Of a stretch of DNA of 64,000 nt, positions 24,501 to 39,900 are shown piece by piece; positions within the stretch are counted from its first letter, which is position 1, and the number at the start of each line of letters is the position of its first letter. Made by a program: the position numbers and the translations under genes. The DNA lies in NCBI RefSeq assembly GCF_037042905.1, contig NC_087252.1, forward strand, positions 124,001 to 188,000, written 5' to 3'. Below the pieces are notes generated by a model. The model made no database searches. It had not been told where the DNA came from and saw only the letters and a list, made by a program, of their open reading frames with translations. This stretch comes from Lytechinus pictus (taxonomy: Eukaryota).

Positions 24501-27500
24501 AAGACAGCTAACAAGGTGGAGACATCTAACAGAGCTATGGCCAAACTACTCAAGGAAGCTAAGAGGGTGAAGAAAGTTTTAAGTGCCAACAATGATATCA
24601 CTGCTCAGGTAGGGAAGTGATGATGTGAAGTTGGATTTGGTTAGGGATGTTAATGAGGAAGGGGAGGAGTAGGGAGAGTAGAAGTAGGAGAAGGGGATAC
24701 AAAGGGGAGGTGGAAAAGGAGGAGGAGAAGGAGAGGGACGAGGAGGAAGAGGAGGGGGATGACAAAGATGATTTTGAAGATGATGATGATATTCAGACTA
24801 TATACTTATTATGTGGCAATCCTTTTTCATTACAAGCTAACAAGGGAATCACTGCAGAATGCCAAGTAGAGATTATAAGAATTATAATTAAAAAAATTCC
24901 CAGCCATATTGTTCTCACCTTTGAACTTAAACCTTTGCCCTATCAGATTGAAGGTCTGCTTGACGACAAGGATTTCAAGGGTCATGTGACCAGGGCGGAG
25001 CTTGAAGAAATGACCTCTGACCTTTTTGAGAGGGTCGGTGGACCAGTGGAAAGAGCATTGAAATCATCTGAAATGATTATGGTATGTATTCATATACAGT
25101 GTTTGTAGATATTATGCATATGACGTCCTATTCTCATGGTACCCTTCATCAAAGGAGAAATACCTGTAAATTGAATTATCAGAGATGCACCAGCTGCAGA
25201 TCACCCATACATGCAAGACAATTGCATCAGCCTCTTTGTTGGCACAATGACGTAAATGCATAAGGTTTATACTAACTGAGATTGATTTGAGTTTTTGACT
25301 TTCACTATTTGTAAATGAACCTCTAAAAAAACAGGATTATAATCATAATTTAGCTTTTTGTCAGTGTCCATACAAAAAACATTTGAATTAGAGAAAGTAT
25401 GTATTTTTTTATTAACTTTGTTTTGTATTTATGTAGTGGAATTATATATGTAACTATATGTATTAAGAAAAACTGCTATATAAACACAGCTTATTGGGTT
25501 GGTGTTGAATCAGTATGTTTCCCCTTAGATTATCTTAAGTATTGTTTTCAATTTCATTCCATTTTATTTTCAATATAAAGACATAGAGTTTTCAAAGCAG
25601 CTGTGGTTAGCAATAGGGTGCTCTATTTAAACCAGTTTGTATTGGTTACATGATAACTGTATGCAACATTTCGCTTAATGCAATGCTTCTAAAATCTAAG
25701 AGAGCTCTGCAGACTGTTACCCCCAGCTTTAGCAAGGCCACCCTGACAGGGTGCTTCAGCATTCAAAGAATGCCTTCCTCCCAGTTTCCCATTTACTTCA
25801 CATGATAGAGAGTGGCAAATATAGATAACGCCTTTCCAAAGGAAGTGAGTACTGTGGTGAGATTTGAACCCCTGACCTTATGGGTTACTTACCCAATGAG
25901 CCATAACACCTCTATTATATATATATTTTTTTATTTGTTTAGGATGAGATTGATCAGGTTATCTTGGTTGGCGGTGGAACAAGAATTCCAAAAGTTCAGG
26001 AGACGCTGTTGAAAGTAACAGGAAAGTAAGTAATAACGTTCAGCATCTACAAATTATCAGTGGGTAATTGCAGATTATTGTATGTTTTCATGGGAATTTT
26101 TATTTTGATTTTCTGCATTCTCATCAGAGATATACAATATATTATAAAGAGGTAAAAAATATATAACAAATCAGCGATACTCTGGTTAAAATATTAGCAA
26201 TGAAAATAAATAACAAAGCGTTTTATTCGTTTCACAAAATGATCATTTAGAGGCATGCAAGAGACTGCCATCATGAGCAATTAGGCTTGATAACGATGGT
26301 GGCCTCGTAGATTTGACACTATTCAGATATTAATAACCCAGAGTAGAACAAGATTTATGACCAACAGAAGAATTTCTTGCTGGTACAGCGAGTTTGCTTT
26401 CCCCCCAAGATATCTCTGTTACATAAATTTCCAATGCTTTTCACAAAGGCTAGGGTCAGCAAATAATCGAATTCTAATGAAATCTTACGCCCATCTCAGT
26501 TTTGTAGTTAGTACTCATGTTATGAATGATAGTATACCAATGATGTACAGATGTGAGTGCATCGGTAGGTTTTGTGAGCGTAAGGTAACTATGGCAAGGC
26601 GCAGCTGAGTGAGATTATACTAGTTTCCATAGTTCCCACATGCTCATTAGTCCTACCGATGCTTAAACAAACCTGTGTATCATTTGTTTTATAGAATGGT
26701 GGATTTTTTTGCTAAAAATCAATTTTTTACAAGCATGCATAAGTGATAACTGACGCATGGCTAGCCATGCATCTGGTAAATTTGCCATGCATTAGTAATT
26801 ACCGGACACTTGGCAAATTTACCTGATGCATGACTGTCCATGCGTCGGTAATTATTTATGCATGATACCCATTCTATAATTTACTTTGTCCCATCATTTT
26901 CATCAGTGTTGAAGTTTACTCAACCCTTCATTAAATCCTTTCAGCAGTGAAAATGAAATAATTTTTTATGTATATGATGCAGGGAATAATTTTGCTGTAC
27001 AAATTCGAATAGCATTTTTGGTCATAAGAGAAAAGCTCTCAACTAAGTTATGTACAGTCCTATGTAAAAATATGCTATACAAAAGACTTTATGCATAGCA
27101 GTCTTTCAAAAATGTGAAGCAAATTACGATGCGATATCAGGAAAATTATTCCCTGATGATGAAGCAAGCAGCCTACCAAAAGAATGAAGGTCAATTTAAT
27201 TTGTCTAGTTCTGTCAGTCAATGGTCTGTAATCTGAAGTCCAGTTTAACTGAGGCCATTGTCTATTAAACTCTGTGCACAAATGATGGCAAGCCAATTAC
27301 TGTACATCAGGATTAGCAGTCAATTGTAAATTATGGGAAGCCAAAGATGTTAATATTTGGTTTATATTATTTTGTACTGTTCTCTTTATGAATATAAACT
27401 GTTTTAGTTATAATTCCCAGTCAGTGGTGAATGATTTGAGTGTCATATGAGCTGATAAATTTAACATGTACAGTAAATAGAGATGTTTGTCACATATATT

Positions 27501-30500
27501 CATAGTTTAAACCACAACAGTAGACCAGAGATTGATTTCAACTCAAGTTCAGAATATGGGCCAATAAGTTTTGATTGCGGTCTTATACTATAAAACCAAC
27601 TTCACCTTATTTTTAGAATGGCCAAATCTCTACATGCTTTCAAAACTTTATTGAAGACACATCTGCGTAGGGAAGCGTTAAGTAGATCATTTTTATTGTG
27701 TAGTATAAACAATAGGAGCAAGCGAAGCTCAGTAGAGTATATGTATAGAGTGACTGCGCTATACAAATTTATCATATTATTATTATTATTATATACTATA
27801 GAAAGGAGCTTGGTAAGAGTATCAATGCTGACGAAGCGGCGGCGCTCGGGGCAGTCTACCATGCAGCTCACCTTAGCAAAGGTTTCAAGGTGAAGAAGTT
27901 CCTTATCAAGGATGCTAATGTATTCCCTATTCAGGTGAGAGAGCGTTGCCATGGTATTTTAATAATGTTCTAGAGGTATTACATCAGGGGGTGTCTCACA
28001 AACAGTTATGTGTGACATACGTAGGAAAAAGAAAACATTGACAAGGGGGGTGCAAAGGCAACATGGAAATGAAGGAATAATGATGATAGAGGATATTCAT
28101 TAAGCGCATAATAACTAGTATAATTTTCTATGCGCTTTACAATTACAAATAAAAACAAAATATAAATACGCAAAAGACAGGAATGACAGAGAGAGCAGAA
28201 GGGAGATTACATGAAGTAGATAAAATATAAAGAAAAAATTGAAATAATAGATAGGTGGAGGTCTGTAATCATTCATCATTCGGGAGGAGTTCATATTTTG
28301 TTTTAAAAAAAATGAGAATTGATACAATAACCTTGAAAATGTATCATTGCATGATTTTAATGAAAATTTGCCTATTTGCATTTGTAATCAGTGATTTTTT
28401 TTATCATTCTTTCTTTAGGTTGAGTTTGAACGTGACATTGTTGATGACGACGGTCGTGAGGTGACCCGTAGCGTCAAGAGGACATTGTTTGGAATCGCCA
28501 ATCCTTACCCACAGAAGAAGGTCATGACCTTTAATAAACATTTCAATGACTTTGCTATCAAGGTCAACTATGGTGACCTTGAAAGGGTCATGAATGAGGA
28601 TGATTTGGAGTAAGTGAAAGTTAGAAATTTTTATTTTGATTTCATTTTATTTTGACCTGTAGTGATGTCATAGCAAACAACACAATTCTAATCAGGGGAA
28701 TAAATTACACAGTGGCTTGGAGATCTTGTCCACCAAAGGCTTCAAAAGAGCCCTGGAATTTCAGCAAGAATCTGGAAAATCCACATTCATTAAAGCTTAT
28801 CCAATATAGCACATTAAGACAGATGGTAATGAAAAGTAGCCCCCCCCAAAAAAAAAAATTTTGCCCGATTCATTCAAATCACTAGAATGAATGTGTGTCC
28901 TAAAAGCCTCATTATGCAAAGGTTATATTATAAAAATTATGAAAATAGATTTTGATTGAATGGCTAAGATCAGCAAGACAAAAAATACCAGTCTTTCAGG
29001 TTTTTCTTTTTTTTTTAGAATAAAAATTTCGGTGATCTTGGAGACTGCCAATTTTCAATCTTTCAGTGTTGTCCTATGAAATGGGGCCTTAATCCAGAGA
29101 TTAAAAACATAGCTATCAGTTTCTGAATGAAATTAGTATTGAATAAACAGAGGTTTGATAAATTGGTGTTGACAAGTATTGTTTTTCCCCCTGGTTGAGC
29201 CCCATTGAGTTCAGTGACATAAACTCGTCAAATTGTATTGAACTATTGATAAATGGCTGTTGCTCATTGAATAACTAAGTGATTTCATGTTCAATGATAA
29301 CTGTATTAATGTGGTAGATTCTGTAAAGTGGTGTCTATGAATAGGGTATTATTCCGTTTTCAATTTCTGTGTCCTTCATTGTTCGGATATTTTCTTCAGC
29401 TACATGCAACATATGACAAAACAGTGATAAGTTTCCATCTTTATTGAATTTTTCATTTCATGTTTGTACTTGAAGTATTATTTTGTTATTGTAAAATTGT
29501 ACACATGTTTTTATTCAGCCTCTGGCTGCGAGGCATGTTTTAATAAACCATTATTAAACTGAATTCCTAATCAATATCTTGATTTCTCTTTCAGTGCATT
29601 TGGAGCTCACAAGTTACTTGAGGTCAATCTGAAAGGAGTGAAAGAAGCGATTGATAAGAACTCTGACTCAGAAAACAAAGGAATCAAAGCTCATTTTAGA
29701 ATTGATGAGAGTGGAATCTTCCATTTAGATGCGGTAAGATTATAAAGTATATTATTATTATTAATATTATTCTTTGTTAGGGTTCACCTTAGCCTATAAT
29801 CTATGTTGAGGCTGGAGTTATTATCTTTGCTTTTTTTAATGTGATGATGTTCTGCGAAACGTCTGATGTGGAAGATTGTGAACAGTGGGTGTCCGGTAGC
29901 AATATTTTTTGTTTAACAATTAACCCACATTGTCATTGATAAAAAGAAAACAAAGCAAGACCCATAAACCCATAACATATTGTAGTCAATAAACAGAAAA
30001 CAAAAAATAAAAAGCAAGACAGGAGTATATAGTGGGTAATTACTTTGCAGCCACCATTTGTAGTCATAGGCATCCGATACATTGCTTGCATTTAGTGTAA
30101 TACATCCTTGTGTTATCATTGCCTTTAAAGGGAAAGGTCAACTGAATTACAATGACCCATGGTCTTTCCTCGGGATATAACTGATTGAATTCGGTTGGGA
30201 TTTGCAGTTACACAAAGGTTCCCTATATACTGTTATATGAATAGTGCAGTGGGATCTAAACATTGTGTGTATTATTGTTAGTGTATTATTAGTGGAGCAT
30301 TGTGGCCCAGTGGATTAGTCTTCTGACTTTTAAACAGAGGGTCGTGGGTTCGAATCCCAGCCATGGCATAATTTCCTTCAGCAAGAAATTTATCCACATT
30401 TTGCAGCACTCAACCCAGGTGAGGTAAATGGATACCCGGCAGGATTAATTCCTTGAATGCACTGAGCGCTGAAAGGCAGCTCGAGCTAAAGCTGGGGTAA

Positions 30501-33500
30501 TAATAATACTAAACAATGCGCCTCAGAATAGAATATTTCTAGATAGATGGCGCTGTATAAATGCCTATTACTATTATTATTGTTATTATAATTATCAATT
30601 TGCCATCTCCTACGAGTGGGCGGGAAAATTTTTACTTATTGGGGTGTGCAGATGGACCACTTAAACACTATTAAGCAGTGATATAATCCAAGTTACTATT
30701 TTTTTCCTTTTTTGCAGTGGGACTGAGTTATAAACTTATCCACCATAAACGCTTTTCAGAATTGATTTCGTAGATGTCCCTTACACAATGATATTCCCGA
30801 GGAATCTTGGTCATAACATGATGATACAAGTTAGCATGAATCTCAATATGTTTTGATTCTAAATCTAGCTTACCAAGTCTGATACTGCCAAGACCAATAA
30901 AAACAGATGCCAACATCCCCCACCCCCCCAAAAAAAAAATGAAATGAATGAAAATAAAGAATGCCCAGCATCTTTAGTACCATACTTCTACTTATGATAA
31001 AAGAAAAAGAAATTGAAATTTTTCAGTTCCAATGTAAGTTTAGAAGGATATACTATCAGAAATGTGGGTAAAAGTTGCCTGGTAATTCCAATATAATAGA
31101 ATTTGTCTGACATTCAAATCAGATGAAGAAAGCTTCTAGTAATTTGAAGTTGAATATGTAATTTTTTTGTTTTATTTTGCACAGGTGGAATCAGTATTTG
31201 AAACAATGAAGAATGTAACAGATGAAACAGAAGAAGAGCAGTCTACCTTAGCAAGTAAGGGAATTATTTGAAAGTTTGATATTAATCACCACAATCATCA
31301 TCATCCTTATTACCACCACTATCATGGTCATGGCCATTGCTGTCATTATCATCATCACCATCAACATCAATAACAACAACAGCATCATCATCATATCCAT
31401 CATCATTACCACCACCACCATCATCACTATCTTTATCATCATCACCATCATCATTATCACTACCACACCACCATCATCATCACCATCATTCTCCTCACCA
31501 TCATCATCACCATTAACATCACCATCACTATCATCATCATCGTCATCATCATCTACATGTAGACATTCCCAAAGTCAGCAATGCTGCTACATGTATATTG
31601 CATTGTGCATTGCAGGAGAAACTACCTGAGGTTTCCACTTGTAGTCAAAGGAAAATTCACACAATCAGCTTATATCCCGAGACATGTTCCCGTAAGGGAT
31701 TATAAGAACCTACAAAAATAATGAAGTTTGATTTTGTTGTACTTTGATGCATTTCAAACCTGTTGTTTTATTTGTAATTCCTCTGATATAAACACTTCCA
31801 TTCAAATGAAAAGCATTCGGTTGCAATGAATTGTTTATATATTTTTTTTTTCTTTAAAGAATTGGGAAGTACCATCAGTCGTTTCTTCTCTGGTGGATCT
31901 ACTACTGATGGAGATGATGATGATGCCCAGACAGAGACTGAAGAACAAGGAGAAGGAGAAAAAGAAGCAGAGGACGTAAGTAACTTCTTGCCAAAGGGCT
32001 TTGGTTTAGTGGTTTGGTTTCTATCATAGTCTTTACAAGCTAAATATATTACAGTGTATAATCATCATACTTAAATTTTAAGTTATGATAATGAAAATTA
32101 ATAATATTCATATTGTGCTCATTACACTTTGTGACTAAGCGCTTTACATTGTAATTATTAGTACGCTGGTCATCGGTTCCTGGGATGCTCGCACACAATG
32201 TATGCACTTTCTCCACTCCCTGGGGAGCATTCCAACAAGAGTTCCAAGACTCAATTGCTAAGCATGTTCGTAGGCTTTTGCATACTATCGGAACCCAATT
32301 AACACCTGGTTTGAGTGTGGCAAATTGTGGATTGATGCCTTGCGCTGCAGTGTGATTCATACACATGACCCTCTGATTGCATGGGGAGAATGTGAACTGC
32401 TACACCACGTTGCTTCCACATTATGGATTTTTAAATAAAATTGAGTATCTTGTGAAGCATGAGAACATGTTCCTTTCCTGCAAAGCAAAAGTCTTTAGAT
32501 TCGTTTCTTTCCTGTTTTTTTTTTATTGTTATTTTATTATTTATTTATTTTTTAATAAATCATACCTAGTAGAGATGATATTTTTCATACAATACATATT
32601 TTTCCCTTCAGCGTCTGCAAGATTATTCAAGTTTGGCACTCTGCATCTATGGATGAAGTGTACATGGACAGTTGAATGCTTATTAATGATATTTATGCTT
32701 TTAAACACTTGAAAAATGCTGATTTTCTTTGTTTTCAAATCCTCTGATTGCTTATATTATATATCTTTTATAAAGAAATGATGTTCATTCTGGCCTTTTT
32801 TAATTGTTTTTGTTTTTTGTTTCCTATCATGCCCAACAGGAAGAGAAATCAGATGAAACCGCACCAGAGGGGGAGCAGGCAGAGGATGGAACAGCCCCTG
32901 AACAGAAAGAGGAGAATGGTGCAGGGGAAGAGCCTTCTGATGAACCCCCTCAGGAACAGGAAACACCAGAGGATGATGGGAAGGAAGAGGAGAAATCAGA
33001 TACTGATGCTGAGAAGGTATTTTATTCAAAATGCTATCCTCTTCTGGTACTTTAGCAAAAATTGAACATTGTCACTTGGTCAACATTTCAAATAATAAAT
33101 TATGGATTTTCATCATTATTTTCATCATTTTCAATATCCACTGCCTGCTTTCCATTTGGTCTTATCCCACATACAGGTAGTCTAAAACTAGTTTGCTTAC
33201 AACCATTTAGCCCATATACCATAGACCAAATTAAAAGAGGAAGAAGACCAAGTGGGTTTAGCCATAAAAGTGTTACATGATGTGATCTGATAGTACACCA
33301 AGTGATATAAACCCCAAGTGTCTTAGGCATAAAGACATTACGGACTAAGGTTTGCTTCTTTCCGTTTTGAATCCAAAATATCTCCAATGACAAATCAAAC
33401 TTGGTTCAGGAATGCCACAAAGCTTATATACATGTACTGGACATTAAACTGTTTATCAACAGAAATCTGAGGAAGAAGGAGAGAAAGAAAGTACCAAGGA

Positions 33501-36500
33501 TGAAGGAGAGAAGGAAGAAGAGAAGAAAGAAGAATCAAAGGATGAAACACCAAAAGAAGATGTGAAGAAGGAGACCAAGCCTAAGATTGTTACCAAAAAG
33601 GAGAACATCACTGTTGACATCCAGATCCTGGACCTGAATGAGCCGACGAGAGCCAGCAAGAAGGCATCCAGGAACAAGTAAGTATACTTTTGAAACACAG
33701 TCATTTCCATGGTAATCAAAGAGCATTTCATATGAACGAGAAAAAGTGAGATATCACTTCAGGATGATCCAAGGTATAGGGGATTAATACTTTCATACAT
33801 TGTGGAATTTCTGTCTTTCTCTTTTACAGTGGTGTGATGAAGCTAGTTGTTTGAGCAGGTTAAGAATATGGGTGGACTACTTGGGACATTCCCGACCTTT
33901 CGTTGGAAGAACGCGAACGCCTATTTACGACGTTAGTTGATTTTAGAAGAGACTTTTGGGCCCGTCGTCATGGTCTTAAAACTCTGTCCTGCAATGCAAA
34001 TTGTGTGACATGATATTTTTTTTCGTTTCGCATTTGGAACGGAAACATTCAATTTGCATTTCGTGTGCATAATTCTGGTTGCTACTATGGTAACAGCGAT
34101 ATATATCCGATTTAGGACGACTTTCCTCCAAGAGCTTGAGAGTCCGCCCGGGGGGCCCAATTTCATTGAAGAGTGGATACCAGGCGCAACAACGCGTAAA
34201 AAGGGAAAGAGTGGGTAAGTACGTTACGTATAGGCCTATGTAACGTTATAAAGGTGTCTAAAACGATGATTAAAATACTGAAAAAAGGGATATATTCCCA
34301 ATACTTGTAGGGTTTCACAAGCCAAATAATTGTTAAAAGATGCATTTTCATAATCTGGAAAAGACTTGCTTCCCTTGTTTAGGGTACTTTTCGAAACCCC
34401 ATGGTCGTGCCTGGTATCCACTCATCAATGGAAGTGGTCCCCCCGGAATTTGAATCTAACCCCCATTTCTGGGGAAAGTAAAACATAATACACTTTTCAT
34501 CGTGTGCTAGAGGCGTATCGTTTGTGTAGAAGGAGTGAACAAAAGAAACAAAAGAAACCCGCATGCAAACGTATTGCATACGCTGTGTACATATGCGAAA
34601 TGGGTTCGGCTAGAGAGTTGATCTGACCCATGGAATCAATTGCCAGTCATCCACCAATAATCCACATTAAATGCAATATCGATTCGATGGACTGTTATGA
34701 TCTATATGTAAGCCTTAATTTAGTAAGTTTTTCCTCACTTAATATGTACTCGATTTGTTTGAAAAAGCACTTTCTTATCCATGTCATATTCTATTTTAGG
34801 TCCTGCATTTCGAATATCTCCAGCCATCAGTCGTAATACATGCATGTATGGCGCGCGGGTGTCGCGGGAAAGAATTTTGCACATGAAAAGCAGATCTGTA
34901 GGGCCTGTAACCCCCCTGTAACACAAATCTTAGCATTGATTGTAGAGCAGTTTTCTACGTTTGATTCTATTGACTATAATGTATAATCAATCTTAAAAAT
35001 CAAGTGTATGATTAAGCGTCAACTTTTGTGTTAGGGGACCCTAATATTAGCGTCCGTGATGATTGCGAAAGGTGGCAATTTACAGGAGGGAAGGGAGGTG
35101 GTCGATAATGATTGATTCTAAAATCGATGATTCATTTTGTAATGAAGTCAAATATTAGAGATATTAAAAAATATTCTATGAGAAATACAATGTGTTGTTT
35201 AAAATGAAAAATGATGGTGATGATGGTGGTGGTGGTGGTGATGATGATGATGATGATGATGACAGTAATGGTGATGATGATGGTGATGGTGATGATGATG
35301 ATGATGATAGCAACCGCGTAGCCAGGATTTCATTTTGGAGGGGGCGGTAAATGCACGCTTCGCGTGCCAACACTTACAGAGCGTGCGAAGCGCGCTCCCT
35401 AGGGGGTGGGTGCAGGGAGGGGGAGTTTCTCCCTCCTGCGCGAAGCTTTCGGTGTTTCATAAATTAAAATGAAAAGGAGCCGTCTCTCTTGTCTCTAGTA
35501 CCTATATCAGCTCCATTTCAGTTGACTATATTGTGATTTTGAACCTTGTTTTCAAAAGTGATTGTGATCGCACAAAAAAGGGATAACATGGAGGAAATTG
35601 AAATAATAATAATTACCCCGCGCAAGGCGCGGAAGCTTAAGCATTTTATCAAGTTTTTTTTTCCAAAGAAAAGGGTTCCGAGATAAGGGTTCTCTAAGTT
35701 AAAATGAATGCGTCCCTTGGAAAGATCAGATTTGATTACAAACAATTATATCTTTAACTCGCAAAACAGAGGAGAAGAAGCTAGGGTATATGCCGGGAGG
35801 AAGATATTCCTCCCCGCCCTGAGCAATGAAACTCTGAAATTTCAAAGGGCGGACGTTTCATCAAATGCAGATATCTCTAATACCCCATCGGCTCTAATTC
35901 AATTAATTTTCTAAGATTACTGAACTTCATTAAAAGAAAAATAGTGCACAAAAAATTGAAACTCCTGTGATTTATTTAAATTATATAAAAAAAGATGATT
36001 TCTTTGACTATTATCCTGAAGCGCTTCATTTTGAATGATAAAGAAACTTAGGTGTCATTCAAAATTTAAAAATGAGGGAGCAAAACAGGACAGGATATGA
36101 ATGTGCAGGGAAATGAAGTTTAATAGAATTTGATAAAAAAAATATTGTACTTTTTTTATTTAATACGACACGAATTGTATACCTTCCTCTTTTAAAATAG
36201 GTACCTGTTTGCCCCCAAATTATGGTTGTTGAGTAATGAGCTGAAAAGCAGGAGAAGTTGCCTATATGGAGGTGATGGCATAAATTGATATAAAGATTTT
36301 ACCCGCCCGGAGTCGACCCGACCAGAAGTTGCGCGATCAATTTGAAAAAAAAGATAACTTCATATACTTACTTTACCTTACTCTAATTCCATGCCCTAAT
36401 GTATAAATTTGAACTTTAACTGGCAAGAAACACATATAGCTGAGGTGGAAAAACAGGGTTAGAGAAAGAGCGAGGGGATACAAAGGAGAACTGCAATATT

Positions 36501-36797
36501 GTCATTTAACCGCGCACAGCGCGGAAGCAACATTCATATACATTTAGAGCAAGAGTGAATAGTTTCTCTTTTGAGAAAAAAGAAAAAGAAAAACCCACAA
36601 AGCTACCTTTCTTCCCTTTCCTCCCTTCGCTTTTCCTTTTCTCCTCTCTTTTTCCCTTTTTTTTTTTCTTTTTGGGGACGTTTTTTGGGGGCGACCGCCC
36701 CCACCGCACCCCCCCCCCCCCCGGCTACGCGCCTGGATGATAGTAATGATGATGATGATGATGATGATGATGATAGTGATGATGATGGTGGTGATGG

Positions 36798-36846
<49 letters not shown>

Positions 36847-36875
36847 AGTGATGATGATGATGATGGTGGTGATGG

Positions 36876-36906
<31 letters not shown>

Positions 36907-39900
36907 GATCTATCACTTTTCCTGATACTAAATCCTGGCATACTTTACTCCACCACCACCTGTACAGATTAAAGGAACTGCAAAGAAAAGAGGAGGAGCG
37001 TGTTGAGAGAGAGCAGGCCCTCAATAGTCTTGAATCCTTCATCTTTGATGCCCAGGATAGGCTGTATAATGAGGATTATGAGAAATGCTCTACGGAGGAA
37101 AAGAGGGAAGATATTCGGTCAAAACTCAGCGAGGCATCTGATTGGCTCTATGATCAAGAGCCTGATACACCCATACAGGTATGCAGATTGGAATTAAAGG
37201 GTGAGGGGAGGGGGGGGGCACAACCATCTTAATGCCTCAATTACTTCATGTCCGTGATAGCATGAAAGGTATACCAATTTTTTCCAGATTTTTGCAATTT
37301 ATATTATAAACTTATCAATGTAGGCAGGTAATTCGCCCAGCTGGGATAAACAACATTTGTTACTATCTTGCTTTTGTTTACGAGATTGATATTCACTTTG
37401 TATTTGCTGTAGCCTCCCTCATTCCCCACCTTACTGGGACTCGTTTACATCTGAATTTGAAAAATCCCATAAGTTTTCTACTCCATCCTGTTTCATAAAT
37501 GTTGAACAAAATGATGATCACAATCAAGGTTTCCATAATGGCAATGAACTATAAATGAGGTAATTAATTTCATGTTTAGAAAATAATACAATGCTTCAAC
37601 ATCGTTTTTCATGGTCACTTGCGGCAAAATATGAAATGAAAGGAAATAGTTATTTCCTTTCATCATGACAGCTATTTGTCAGGTGTTTGTTTGAATCATA
37701 TAGTAGTCTGCCATTCTAACTCTGTTACATTTATGAGTGCTTAATTTCTTTTCCTCTTTTTATCCCTCTGTCAATTATAAGTGAACGCCAGAGGCATTAT
37801 GATGTTGGGTTGTTGTCAATCCGTCCCATTTTCATCATCAATTTTGAAAGTTCATTGCAAGTGCATGAGAGATAATAACATTAATGTGCTATACAATGAC
37901 AGTGAATTATTATTTCAAAATCTCTTAGTTACTTTGCTGGAAGGACCCCATGGAAGAACAGTATAGTCATGTCGATTAAACTTAATATGGGCTATCCATC
38001 CATTTTGCATTTTTTTTTTTTTTTTATACGGAAAATAAATACTATGTTATACTATACTGTACTATATTATACTATACTATAACAAAATTAAATACTAGAA
38101 AATGACTTCCTTTCAAGTATAGGCATACAAAGACAAGCTCAAAGATCTGAAGAAATTGCTTAAGAACCTCGAGTACCGAGTAGATCAGCTGCGACGACGA
38201 CCCGCTGCCATTGAGGCAGCCAAATCAGCACTCAACGCTTCATACCACTTCATGATGGCAGCCAAGAACGTCACCGGCGAGGACTTACTTTACACCGAAA
38301 CAGAATTTGGTCTTCTGGAGAAAGCTTATAATGAAACCAATAATTTTTTTACCACTAAGTTGGAAGAGCAGGAAAGGACTGCATTGACAGAGAAACCTGC
38401 TTTAATAGTTTCAGAATTAGAGGAGAAACTTCTAAGCCTTGAGCGGGAAGTGAGGTATCTTGTAGGCAAGGCAAAGTCAACGCCGAAATCAAAGCCAAAG
38501 CCAAAGAAAAAGACTGATAAAAAGAAAAAGACAACAAATACAACAGAAACAGATGAAGGTAATGGAGAGAATGGTGGTGATGAAGAAGGAGAAGAAAAAG
38601 AAAAAGGTAATTTTTAGTTCTTCTGTCTTTGAATTTTAAGTCACTTTTGCAAGTTGTAGCAAACTTGTGAAACCCTGCTGACATTTTTTTAGCAAAATAA
38701 ATTGTTATCTCGCCTGAACACAGTTCGGTAGAGACATAGTAATCACTATTCCTGTTAGTCTGTACCAAAATGATAGTCTTTGCTCAACTTGATCTCATTT
38801 CTTTATTTCTGCATCAATTGTTTACACTTGTATAAATAACCATTGGGTAATGTCACATGTGTGTTTATGAGGATGATAAGGTCAAAAGATCATATTGCAT
38901 ATTTTATTGATCGCTATATCAGGCTAGACTTGTGGTTCGTGAACCACCTGTTTGATCTACTCTTTGTTGGAAAGTCGCAAGTTTGTCTGTTTTTCTGATT
39001 TTTTTTTCACAAAGTGGGACTGAATTTTCTAAAACCTTGATCAAGAATGACAAATTACAAGTATTATTTTTTTTTTTACAATTGGGTGATGGAAGTTATT
39101 AAAAATCTTATGAAGCACCCAAGAACATGTTTCAATGGTGTATAAAGTTGAATGTAAGTTTTGAACAGCTTCATGCCCTCCCACCTGATCAAACAAATGT
39201 TTTATTGTATGATTTCTTCTTACTTTCGCTTCCAACAGTTGTTATCCCTCCCCCTGAGGAAGGAGAGGAGGCCACTGATAATGCACAGGATGAGGATCCT
39301 GCTGCAGTAGATGTTGAAGGGGGTGAGGAGCAGGAACAGGAAGAGCCAACTGAAGCCACACCCACCGGGGAGGAAGAACAAATACCAGAAGAGCCTTTAC
39401 AATTAGAAGCACCTGAAGAAGGTAGAGTAAAGTCCAAACTTTTTTATTTAATTTAATAGGTACATATACTCTCTATTTTCCATAAGTTAAAAGGGGACTG
39501 GGCTATTTGAGATGTATTGAGGAGGGGGGGGCCTTCTGATCTCGGCCGCCGGTTGCGTGAAATTTGGCACGCACATTCTTTACCACATGAACTACTAGCC
39601 AGTATTAAAAAAAATTCTGAAAATAACTATTTTTTATTCATTATGAATGAAGTACGCATATTTATTCATGAAAAACATTTACATATTTAACTCCCAATTT
39701 CACTTATTCTCTTATTTTTCCAGATGTCATCTTTGTAATCTAATTTAAAGGTTTCCACAAAAAAGAATGGTGAAAGCCAATTTTTTCCTTATGTATTTCT
39801 TTGTTTTTATAATTTATTTTGTATTTCGTTGTTTTTTCATCTTTAGTTTTTCATTGTTTTTTCAAAGGAAATTATTACAGACCATTTAACAACTAAATTA

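Noticed and set aside
24647..24946. Acidic N-terminal part of the 153-aa ORF as extra HYOU1 coding sequence
   Set aside because: Purine-rich intron; exons 7 and 8 join directly in phase 0 (AQ|IEGL) as expected for the family.
26690..26880. Intronic hairpin as a possible miRNA precursor
   Set aside because: Looks like the internal palindrome of a decayed MITE, like many others here; there is no evidence of processing.
30294..30370. tRNA gene-like sequence (also 42997-43070)
   Set aside because: Continues into a shared SINE body and (tta)n tail with no proper acceptor stem; it is a SINE head.
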